Assembly: GCA_013265495.1 (NCBI GenBank)
Contig: MU058540.1
Span: 2,815,696-2,879,695, forward strand
Length of the DNA stretch: 64,000 nucleotides
Direction: 5' to 3'
DNA from: Vicugna vicugna
Taxonomy: Eukaryota
A program made the translations under genes and the position numbers. This document shows, piece after piece, positions 38,628 through 49,317 of the stretch (position 1 is its first letter; every line of letters begins with the position of its first letter). Below the pieces are notes generated by a model. The model was not told where the DNA came from and searched no databases. It was given only the letters and a program-made list of their open reading frames with translations.

Positions 38628-38729
38628 GATACAGTGTCCGATGGGGTGGTCATCCTTCTCCTGGGAAACAAGATGGACTGTAAGGAGGAGCGGCAAGTGT
38701 CCACTGAGGCTGGGCAGCAACTGGCCCAG
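38628..38729 (+). CDS. RAB44: RAB44 coding exon 11 (G4 NKMD)
   Basis: tgcag|DTVSDGVVILLLGNKMDCKEERQVSTEAGQQLAQ|gtgagg; 102 nt. Confidence 0.97.
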
Positions 38730-39699
38730 GTGAGGACCTGGGCATTGGCTCCTTTCCAAGCCTGAACAGGGCAGACCCCTCCCTGGAGAGTAGTGAGTAG
38801 GTTACCCTGGCCCGGGCCACCAAGAAGGACCCATCGCCCATTTCTGACCCTGCCCAATCAAAGGCCAGATTGGAGTAGACAACAGCCTCCCACCCACCTG
38901 GGCTTTAGACCCAAACATCAGGCTGTAATGGTGGGCATGACATTGAATCTCACTGTTGAAATAGCAAATCCCCACAGTGTCCCAACCTACTTTAAAAAAA
39001 ATCTTCAGAGTAAAAAGGTTTTCAAAGCTTCACTTAAAATTCCCTGTCAAATCTTAATTTATCTCTGGTCTCTAATTAACATAACATTCCTTCTAATTTA
39101 TTCTATCTTAAGACACAAATTCTTCCCTGTAAAGACTGCATCAAAAGCCCTACCACCAGACAGTGGATGCTACTTATTCATGAATAGAATTCAGCCACAT
39201 TCCAGAAAATCTGGAGAATAATAAAGATGGAAAAAAGAATCACTCCCTGACCCACCTCTGACACCACCCCTCTTGGCATTTCCGTATCATATTTCCTTCC
39301 CGTTCTTCCTCTCATTTCTCCTACTCATGAAGTCATCACTGTGGTTCCTGGTTGGCAGGAATTTTTTCCTCTTAAAAGTAGTAGCTCATCTCTTTGACAT
39401 AGTAATTCCTCCTCTAGCAACTTATCCTAAAGAAAGAATCAGAAATAATCCCTAAGAGAATAACATAATGGGCACCCGTGTATAATGTATAATCAAATGC
39501 ATTTATATGAGGATGTTCTTTACTTTGTCATTTATAAGAACAAACATTTGGCAGCAGTTGATGGTTAATTTGTGGAGCTTCATGTGAGAGGCTAGCATTT
39601 GCCATTAAGAATACTGTCCTGGAAGAATGCTTAAGGGTGTGGAGGAAATGTGTACAATGTAATGTGAAGTCAGAAAAGCAGCTGCAGTTCTGGATATAG

Positions 39700-39781
39700 A
39701 TTAGGTTGAACCATATGAGATTGCAGATATTTGACTGTTTGGCACCTATCAAAACAGCAATTTCGTATTGTTTCACCTAAT
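39700..39781. mobile_element. Mariner-derived palindromic MITE (MADE2-like)
   Basis: About 80 bp with inverted arms attaggttgaaccatatgagattgc ... gcaatttcgtattgtttcacctaat. Confidence 0.75.
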
Positions 39782-40263
39782 AGTATAATGCCATTTAGCC
39801 CAGCCCCCACTAAAAGGGCTGTATAAAACAGAATGGAAATACATACTCAAACGTTAGTGAGAGTAGTTTATACTTTGTACTTATACTTTTTTATGTTTTA
39901 TTTTCCAATATTTCCCCCAACTAAATATTTTTGAAATCAAAAAAACACAACTAATGGTCTAACAATGTCCTCAAGGACATTTCTCCAAGTTAGGACACAG
40001 GCTTCCCACCGTCACTCTGAAGCTGTAGAGTGTTTCCGGGTAGCACCTTTGACATCTTGGCTAGCTAGGGTGGAGGGCCAGTGGGCAGAGGGGCGAGGCT
40101 GGGGACCATGGGCCACAAGCAGAGGGACTTCTCACCTGTTGAGGTTGGCCTGGGGACATACTGAGATTCTGTCTGATGGCCCAGTCTTTGGTGACAGAGG
40201 CTGCTGCCTGGACTCTCAGTGGTCTCCCCCACAACACCCCTACCCCTGTCTGTCTGGCTGCAG

Positions 40264-40340
40264 GAGCTGGGGGTCTCCTTTGGAGAGTGCAGTGCTGCCC
40301 TGGGTCACAACATCCTGGAGCCCGTGGTGAATCTGGCCCG
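40264..40340 (+). CDS. RAB44: RAB44 coding exon 12 (G5 ECSAA)
   Basis: ctgcag|ELGVSFGECSAALGHNILEPVVNLA CG|gtgagt; 77 nt. Confidence 0.97.
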
Positions 40341-41720
40341 GTGAGTGCCACCCTACCACTCCCCACCCAGAACCCAGGAGGGAAAGCCCCAGTCTGAGGA
40401 AGCACCTATGAAATCACAGGGCTCAGAAGTCAGTGGAACGAGAGACAGCAATGCATGGAAAGCCTCCTGATTTCAGTTCTACCAGTCCCATCAGCTGCAT
40501 CACCTCCAGGAAGTCTCATGTCCCCTCTCTGAGCCTCAGTGCAGTGGGAGAGCAAGAGTTACTCTCCTGCTCCCAACCTTCTGGTGACTTCCACTGTATT
40601 TAGAATAAAGTCCAAAAGCCTGGCAGAGGCCTGTATTAGCTCCAGTGCCATCTCCCCTGCCCCTCCCATAAACTTCAGCCAATTGGAGGGGCCTTCCCTG
40701 ACCACACCCCCTTCCATCACTGTTCTGGATCACATCCTCTTTTTGTGTGCTTCAAAGTCCTTCTCCACAAATTGTAATTACACATGCATTTCTCTGTTTT
40801 CTAGTTGCTGCCTACCTCCCCTACCAGGCTGTAGCTCCAGGGGGACAGGGCCATGTCCCTTTTGTTCAGCCCTCTGCCTGGGGCCTGGCATATACTAGGT
40901 GCTCAATAAATGAATGAAATGAGTGAGAGGGAGAGGGTATTAGACCAGATAATCTCTAAGTCCCTTCTCTGACAAAGCAGCTAGAGTGAGATTGCTAAAC
41001 TGCAAACCTGATCACACCTGACACCTCTGACAGGCAACTGCTCAATGGCTTCCCTTTGCTTTAGTATAAAAGCCCTAGTTCCTGAATGCGGCTTCCTGGC
41101 CCATAAGCCCTGAATCCTTGCTGCCTCGAAGCCTTCTTTCTGGCCATTCAGTCCTTAGGCTCCGTGATTTAGGACAGTGTCAAGTACAGAGTAGATATAT
41201 TGCGAACGAATGAATGAATGAATGGGCTTCTTTTTCTTCCCTAACCCCCAAGCTCCTTCTTGACACGAGCCTTTGCTGGCTTCCCAGAATGCACTCTCCT
41301 TTTCTGCTAGCAAACCCTTGTCCACGCTCGGTCTCAGCTCCAACACTATCTCCTTCCTCCCCAAATCCCTCTGGGACCTGGTGTGAAGTCCCTCTGTGTG
41401 CCTCCCCGTTCCTGGTCCTGATTGCCCCCTTCCCCTCTCTGTCTCCCTCACCACTCAAGGCGAGGACATGCTGGCTTCATTGCCATAATCAAAGTCCCTT
41501 GCCTGGCACACAGTAGGCTGGAGAGAATGCCAGACAAGAGACAGAAGGCTGAAGTCTCCATGGCCCCATTTTTCTTGTGCCATGTGGAATGCAGAGCAGG
41601 GGCAGAGCAGCAGGGAGAGAGAAAACTCGGGGGTGCAGTCCCCTAGCTGCACCCTTGGACCTCTCCTTGCTGCCCCTGGGAGGTGAGAGAGAGGCCTGAT
41701 GCCTGGGCATCTTCATGCAG

Positions 41721-41811
41721 GTCACTCAAGATGCAAGAAGACCAACTAAAGGGCTCACTGGTGGAGGTGGCCCCCGAGAAGCCACCAAAGAGAGCTGGTT
41801 GCTGCTCCTGA
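41721..41811 (+). CDS. RAB44: RAB44 last coding exon with C-terminal CCS prenylation motif
   Basis: atgcag|(R)SLKMQEDQLKGSLVEVAPEKPPKRAGCCS*. The total assembled CDS is 2949 nt = 982 aa. Confidence 0.96.
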
Positions 41812-42296
41812 CCACCTGGCCTGTCTGGGGTAGAATGGCCACTTCCCTGGGTTTCCTGTTCCCACCTGCCTGGACACAGCAGTGACAGAGATGGCCAGCT
41901 TGGAAGTTCAGGAAAATCCTCCTCAGGTCAGGACTTGGCTCCCAGTCAGGGGCTGTACTAACACTGCCCTTTGTACTTCAAAGAAGGACTTTTCTGAATA
42001 ATAAGGCTGGGGAGTGGAGGTGGGGGCAGTTAAAACTCTTTAAAGAAAGGGAAAGTCTAGAAAAATGACTTAAGGAAAACACACCACAACACTGGCAAAA
42101 CATCTCTGGGTGGTAACATTATAGGGTAAATGTATAGGGGTGGTATTTTCCTTTTTATATGTATTTGTATTTTCAAATCTTCTACACTGACTGAGTGTTC
42201 CCCATACAGTCAGAAATAAGAGTAAATGTTGAGGGGAGGGAAAGAAACTTCAAAGAGCTTGCTTTGGTGCTGATTACCAATTGATATAGCCTGTTT

Positions 42297-42302
42297 ATTA
42301 AA
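42297..42302 (+). terminator. Candidate RAB44 poly(A) signal (ATTAAA)
   Basis: First strong hexamer variant I found after the stop codon; not verified. Confidence 0.4.
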
Positions 42303-45300
42303 GCCGTCCTATTGTTCCATGCCTGGCAAAGCTGGTGAATCTTGTCTCATTCACTGTATCTGTTTGCAAGCATGGGGTTTCTTTCGAGCAGAATCTGATT
42401 CCTGGGGAAGAGCAATGTTCTGATGGTCCCTGCTATGCCCCATTCCCCCCATCTCCCTGAACCCCGACCACACTCTCCCCAAAAATCTGCCTGTAAGGGG
42501 TCATATCTGGGGATCTCATCCCCTGCCTCCACGCCACGGTGCCCCTATGGGGACCTCTGTCTTGAGGTGTCAATCTCTGGATGCAGTCGAGGTGCAGCTG
42601 GGGTGTGGCTGGTGGGGCCTGGGGAGCAGCAGGGGAAACTGATTCAGGTTATTCATGGGTTCCTCTTTGGAGCTTGTGTGAGAGTTCCCAGAATTGCACA
42701 TTTGCCTCCTGACAGGTAGCTGCACATTACAACCTGGGGCCGGGATTGTCAGTGCCCTGGGGGAGCTTGCTGTGAGAGTCTAAGACGGCCTCTCAGTGTT
42801 AGCCTATCTCCTGTCATCTGTGTTTGCTGTCTCATCTTACCGTTAACCACATAAGGCTCACCAGGTACTGCGGTCCAGCGTGGGCAGAGTGCTGAGTCTG
42901 GTACTTAGCAATCATTCGGGTTCTGGTGACTTCCTCAGTTGAATCAGAGGAAACCTCAGTTTCATAGAGAGACAAGCAAATACAGTTCAAGAGACAGGGG
43001 TTCAGAGAAAGAGAATGAAGGAAAAAGAGGAGAGCATGAGACAGAAGAAAGAGACCTCTTATCAGTTTAATCAGTCTCCACTCTTGGCCCCTATCCCTCT
43101 GCTCAGTTCTAAAAGGGATCAATAGCACTGAGTTTTCTGTCACTAGAGGCTTATAAGTAGAAGCCAGGTAACACTTGGCAAGAGGTGCAGTGGAGAAGAT
43201 TCAGGTATCAGAAACCACCAGAGTTTAGATCAGATGCCCTTAATAGACCTCATTTAATCTCTAAGCTAGTAAATGCAGAATGACTCCCATGATCCAGCCA
43301 GTCCTCTTACTTGTCCTCCTCCCTGATTCTTTCTTAGCCCCAGTGTCTTCTCCCTTCCTGGATCTTGTCAACCCACAAGCCTCCCCCTGTTCTGAGCGGG
43401 TTCTAGGCTGTACTATGCTCAGAGAAAGACAGAGAGACAGGGAGGGGTGAGCTGGAATAAGCGATGCCTGGCCTTGGCTGAGAGTGTGTGGCAGATCCTT
43501 CTGTTGCTAATGGCTCTCTCTGGGGTCGAGGACCTGGCCAGCACTGGTATCTCTGTCCTATGAGCCAGTGAGTTAATGAGGCAGGTAGGTAGGGTGTGAC
43601 TCCTAGGGGAGCCAGTAAAGTGGATAGAGCCCTTGTCCTTCGGGGAATCCAGTACAGAAGTGCACCCCTTCCCCCAGTCTGCCCCTCCCACCTCAGCTCT
43701 GCCTAGCCTCAGGCAGCTAGCTCAGGTGCCCTGGGGGTGGGGTGTTAGAGGCGACTGCACACCTGCCCAGAGCCCTCTCTTGGCTTTCTCTGGCTGGATC
43801 CAGCTTCTGTGCAGAGCACAGCTGTGAAGGAGCTGCCAGCTTTTCCTGGCGTCAAGGGTCTCCAAGTCACCAAGCAGGACCCAGGAACTGCAGAGCAGCA
43901 CGAGGCAAGTGAGGAAACAAGCAGGCGGGACTCAAGGTAGACTTCAGAGTGAACTTCCAGGCAAGTGGTGGGTTCTTGGGGCATGCAGCCAAGGGGGCTC
44001 TAATCACACCTTAGCTTGAGGCTGTTTAAGAAAAGGAGTGTGAGACTGGGCTGATGGGGCTCAGGGTGTGGAGTGAGAAGGGGAGGGCAGGGGGATAAAA
44101 TGGAGCCTGGGCAACGGTGTCAGAGAAGAGAGATTTTTGGAACTGAGGGTGGCGGGATCAGAACGATAAGCATTGTTTATCAAGCCATGCACTACTATGT
44201 TTCGAGAGCTTGACTTGTATTACCTCATTTAATCCTCACATCAGCCCTATGAGATGGGGCCTGTTATTTATCCCCATTTGACAGATAAGGAAAGCAAGGC
44301 ATAGAAGACTGGATTTTCCATAGTCACATAGCTAGCAAGTGGTTGAGTGGGGTTTGAGATGCAGGCTCCAGTGTCCATAAGCTTAACTGTGAAATTATAG
44401 AGCTTCTTATAGGAAGGAATGGACGCTTAGGTGGAGCAGGGCCCAGGTCCTTTGACTTTCCCTTTCCCCATTCCTTCTCCTTTCCTTCCCCACCTCTCCA
44501 GTCACATTCCATGTCTTTGGCAGGCAGGCCTGGGCCAGGTGGAAGAAACAAAAAAGCAATAACAAATGACTAGAGAGTGGCTCAGTTATAGCATTCATCC
44601 AGGGCAGGTAAGGTATTAGGGGTGGTCCCTCAGTTCCTCCCTCCCTAGCAGTTCCTGGAACCAGAGTCTGAGATGTGGGATATTGGCGGCAGAATTTGGA
44701 GAGACCACCCCCTCTTCCTGTCTCTTTTCAGCTGCTCTCAGGCAAGTGGCTCCCATGGGGCCTCAGAGATCAACAAGTCCCCCAGGCAGGGCTCTGCAGG
44801 AGGGGCTCAGGAGACCCCTCTCCCCAGCCCTGGCTCTGAGCCAGCTACAGAGGGGTTTTCCAGCCCCCATCCCCTGTGTGGGAGAAAAGGGGATGAAAAC
44901 TAGAATCAGGACCCTACTGGGCTGTCTTGTTTGCTGCTTGTTTGCTCAGTACCTGGCTCAGGGTAAACACTCAGTTAGTTAGTGGACATACCTCTTCTCA
45001 CTAAAGCTGGGGGCTCCTGGCCTGGTTTATGGGATGGGAGATGGCAACATCAGCCCCTAAGCCAACTCTGGGATGTCTTGACTCCATCTCTCAACCCGAG
45101 TTCTCTCATCTGGGGGCTCCGCATATCCTCAGCATGTGGGATGGAGCGGGGATGAGGAGGAAGACCTGGCAGCTGGGGTGCAGAGCTTCCCCCCACCCTG
45201 CCAGGTATCCTGCACAGCATGATCACAGAAGGCAGTGGTCCCCAAGCTGGTCTTTCAAGGCTGCCAAATCAAATCAAAAAGCCTAAGCCAACCAAATCAG

Positions 45301-45903
45301 GTCTTTGAGGGTGTGACCCATGTATTAGTATTTTTGAAACTCCTCAGCTGATCCCAATGTGCAGACATGCTTGGGAACGGCTGGTTGGGGCTTTATACCT
45401 TCTCAAAGCCCTTGCATATTCATTTTCCTACTTAAACTTCAAATTAAAACTTGCTCGTTTCATAGGCAGAGCAAAGTTTTGTTTAACATATATATAATAT
45501 TTATCAGATTCAATTTGTATTCCCTGCAGAAATTTTACAAATACAGAAATTCAAAGGAAGAAAATGAAAACTACCTGAATCTCATCCTTTAGTGACAGTT
45601 ACTGTTGACACCTGTTTTATTTCCTTAATTTCCTCACTTCCATACAGTTGAGGAAGCTGAGGTAGGGAGACACGAGGAAACCTTCCCAAGGTCATGGGGC
45701 TTCCAGGAGCAGAGTTGAGAGTTGAACTCAGGGCACTGACAGAGCCTGTCCCATCAGGTTGCTGTGAGGTCTAAAGGGGCTGGTGCACGCCAAGGGCACC
45801 CACTGTGCACAGGGGTCAGTAAAAGGATGGGGCTCAACAGGGAAAGAGGGAGGTGGCCCTCAGGTTGGTTTTTATGCTGACCTTGTGTGTCCAGAGCAGA
45901 AGA

Positions 45904-46932
45904 ATGGAGGCCAATGCCACGTCCACCGCCGGGCTCACAGCCATACCCGAGGGACTGCTCCGACTAGTCTTTGCTGGGGTCTGCGGCCTCATCCTGCTCG
46001 TGGGGCTGCCGGCCAATGGACTGATGCTGCTGGTGGTGGGTCGGGGCCCGTGCGCCCCCCGCCCACTCCTCGCCCTGACCAACAGCCTCATGGTGAACAT
46101 CACACTGTCTGACTTGCTCTTCCTGGCCTGCGTGGTGCCCGTGCTCCTGCTGAGCTTCTTGCGGCGTGACTGGTGGCTGGGTCCCACCGTCTGCACCACC
46201 AGCCAGGCTGCCAACAACGCCACCATGTTCTGTACCTTCTACAGCATGGTAGCCACAGCTCTTCTGCGCCATGTGGCAGTGGCCCGGCCTGACGTGGCCC
46301 TTCCATCCAGCCCAGGCACCCGCCTGCTGCTCTGTGGGACCATGTGGGTCTTGGGCCTCACTGCGTCGCTGCCCAACTGGTTGTTCCAGCAAGTGGTAGT
46401 GGAGGAGGAGGGCCAGGCCTGCCTCTTGCTCCTGAACCCTGCTCAGACCTCCTGCTACTTCACCCTACTGGGAGCCCTGGCCTTCCTGCCTTGTGTGCTG
46501 GGGCTGGGCTGCTCTTTCAGCCACGTGGGCTGGCTCCTGTGGACACAGCCCCGTGGCCCCATGGGAGAGAGCATCCGGGAGCACCAGGAAAACACAGGGC
46601 TCATCCTTGTAGTGTTGGTGGTCTTTGTGCTGATGTGGGGGCCCTGCTCAGTGCTGGGCTATGTGGCAGCTGTGGGTGACCTGCCTGCCACACCAATGGC
46701 TTTTGTGGCATCCAGCTTCTGCACCATCCTGGCCTACTCCAACTGTGCTGTCAGCCCCATCCTTTGCTTCTACCTCTCCCGCCCCTTCCGTGCAGGACTC
46801 AGGGACCTCTTCTGCAAGCAGGTGGCAGCCAGGCACCCCAGAGGTGTGGAAGGGGCTGGTATGGTGATGGAGAGTGTCCGGCCTGGACATGGCAGGGCCC
46901 AAGGAGGCCTATGGGATCTAGCAGGTGTCTGA
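45904..46932 (+). CDS. Intact orphan class A (rhodopsin-family) GPCR, galanin-receptor-like; probable ortholog of human pseudogene GPR166P
   Basis: 342-aa ORF from AGAATGG with N-terminal sequon NAT and seven hydrophobic segments. Motifs: GLPAN (TM1), NITLSDLLF (TM2), WWLG plus Cys3.25, LRH (DRY position), W4.50/SLP, ECL2 Cys, FLP (TM5), FVLMWGP (TM6), LAYSNCAVSPILCFYLSRPFR (TM7/helix 8) and a downstream Cys. Confidence 0.9.
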   Translation: MEANATSTAGLTAIPEGLLRLVFAGVCGLILLVGLPANGLMLLVVGRGPCAPRPLLALTNSLMVNITLSDLLFLACVVPVLLLSFLRRDWWLGPTVCTTSQAANNATMFCTFYSMVATALLRHVAVARPDVALPSSPGTRLLLCGTMWVLGLTASLPNWLFQQVVVEEEGQACLLLLNPAQTSCYFTLLGALAFLPCVLGLGCSFSHVGWLLWTQPRGPMGESIREHQENTGLILVVLVVFVLMWGPCSVLGYVAAVGDLPATPMAFVASSFCTILAYSNCAVSPILCFYLSRPFRAGLRDLFCKQVAARHPRGVEGAGMVMESVRPGHGRAQGGLWDLAGV

Positions 46933-47069
46933 AAGGATAGGCTGATAAGAGGGCTGAGATTCAAGAGAGAAAGGAAGATCCCTAATGATATTAGATCCCA
47001 TCCCCTCCATTTCACCAGTGGGGAGACAGATCCAGAGAGCAGGTGGCTCAGCAAAAGTGATACAGCAAC

Positions 47070-47320
47070 TAAACGGCAACTAAGTCGATGGGATTCAGAT
47101 AGGTATTTATAGGCTCCACTACTTCCTAGCTGTATAACTTGAACAAGTCCCTTAACTTTTCTATACCTCAGTTTTCTCATCTGGAAAATAGGACCATGAT
47201 AGTACCTTCTTCACAGGGTTGTTATGAAGATAAACCTTCTCAACACATATAAAGTGCTTAGAAGAATGTCTGGTGCTTGTAAGTGCATGTGAGTATTGGT
47301 CATTATTATTACTATTATTA
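47070..47320 (+). mobile_element. MIR SINE downstream of the GPCR stop codon
   Basis: acttcctagctgtataacttgaacaagtcccttaactttctatacctcagttttctcatctggaaaatagg matches the MIR core. Confidence 0.8.
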
Positions 47321-47588
47321 TCTTATTTTTATTAATTCAGGGGTGCTTGAAGTGAGTGGACAAGAGGGTGGTCAAGGGACTTCCAAAGGCAGAGAGTAGT
47401 AGAGGAATGATCTGGGGGCCTGCCAGCCTGGGGTCCCTAATCCTGAAAGCTTGGCAACTGAATTGGGGGGAGGGGAAGAACCAGCTACAGCCTGGGGAGG
47501 GGAGGCTCATAGCCCCGGAGGGCATTTCAATCACCTTTCCCTTCTCTGCCTGCCCTCCCCCAGCTCTGTCACACACAACTGTCAGTCC

Positions 47589-47594
47589 AATAAA
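47589..47594 (+). terminator. Candidate poly(A) signal for the GPCR gene
   Basis: AATAAA about 660 nt after the stop codon, with U/GU-rich sequence downstream. Confidence 0.5.
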
Positions 47595-49311
47595 GGAACA
47601 CCATGAACTAAAGTCATGGAGCCGTGAGTCTGGGTCTATGTATTTCTCAACGGCCTCCTTTCTCCCCTGTGGTTTCTCTTCCTGATGTATCTGGGGCAGA
47701 GTCCCCTTTTGAGGCCCTTTCCTTCTCTCCAGAGCCAACTGGAGGTCTTCACCTCTCCTACCCCATCCCTTCTGACAAGCTCCCAAACTCCATGCCCTCC
47801 TTCTGGCCTCCTGGGAACAGACTTCAGGTTTCTGTGTTGGCTTGGGAACCAGGGAGATTGTCTTAATTGAAATTCCCAAGATCATACATTCTGCTTGGTA
47901 ATGGTATTACAGTTAAACACACACTGACCCTATGGTTAAAAAGCTTAGGAAACACTGGGTTGAACCAAGTCAAACTAATCTCTTTGCTATAGGACTAATC
48001 AGAGCCTCAAACATCCTGAAGGCTATTGGAACTCTCTGAGAGGGTCTCAGAGCAGGCAGTTCCCAAAACCCATGCCAGCGTCCCATGGAACACACCTTGG
48101 GAAAGAACCCAGGAGAGAAGCTACAGTACTGAGCACAGTAAAGATGCTCTTGGTATCCTGGGGCAGTGGCTCTGAGCCTCAGTTCCCCTGCCAGGCACGC
48201 ATCTCCTCCCAACACTTTCCCATTGGCACCCAACGTGAGGTAAAAATGGGCTGCTGGTTATGGGAACTTCCCCCTTCTCAAGCTGTGACCCCACCTGGTT
48301 CGCACTCAAAGAGGATCAGAATGCAAGGCAGCGGGGCATCTAATTAAAAGGACAGCAGTGAATCAGTTCTAATTTACTATAAAATCACAAGAAGTAAGCA
48401 AGTCCCAAACTTTAGTATAATTAGTACCAACTTCTTGTGATGTGCAGGTTGGGAATGGCTGCCTAGAGGGCTAATCTGAGAGTGAACTTGCCCAGAGAAT
48501 GGAGAAGTCCCCTTTCCCTGTGTTCCTGGTCCCTGATGGCCACAGGGATGTATATGTAAAGAGAGACAAGGAGGAAAGTGGTGTTTATTGTGCACTTAGT
48601 GCAGCAGGTCCTGTGTATGTCACACACTTCCTGCATACATACCTACATGTCACTCTGGCCACACAACAATCCTGCAAGGGAGGACTGACAGTCCCATTGC
48701 ACAGTAACTCATCCTGGACACATGTCCTGTGAGTCCAGCAGGCTGCCTCAGGAGCCCCCCTTTGGTGCCCACAGACCCTGGCCCCTCCCCTACTTAATGC
48801 AGCTGCAACCATACTAGCCTCCATGCTATCCTTCAAACACACCTCAGGGCCTTTGCACTTGCTGTTCCCTCTCCTTGGAGCCCTCATGCCTCAGGTTTCA
48901 GCATGTCTCCCTCTCTCATCTCAACCATCATCTCCTCAAAGAGGTCCTTCCTGACCACCTCATCTAAAATATCACCCTGTCACTCTCTATCCTCTTATTC
49001 TCTTATTTTTCTTCATGACTCTTATCATCATCTGAAATTATGTTATTTACCTATTTGTTTATGTGCTTATTGTGTTTCCCCTGTCCCATTTATGTCTCTA
49101 CTGTAGCTCTATGTAGAGACAGGGCCTGTATTTTGTTCACTGCTGCATCCCCAGTGCCTAGCACAGGTCCGGCACATACTGGTTGCTCAGTAACTCCTTG
49201 TTGAACAAAAGAATGGAAGAAAAAGAGAGAGGAGAACCTGGACTCTGTCATGAAACAACATCTGCTATTTTTCACAGGAGAAAGGAAAACAACTTTAGTA
49301 AAAGAACCAAA

Positions 49312-49317
49312 TTTACT
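49312..49317 (-). terminator. Candidate CPNE5 poly(A) signal (AGTAAA variant)
   Basis: tttact on + is AGTAAA on -, followed on - by U/GU-rich sequence. A canonical AATAAA on - lies at 48584-48589. Confidence 0.35.

Noticed and set aside
45853..45903. GPCR start at GTG 45853 or ATG 45874
   Set aside because: ATG 45874 has poor context and sits in the branch-point/pyrimidine tract of a likely acceptor. ATG 45904 has a strong Kozak context and gives a typical N-terminus with a sequon.
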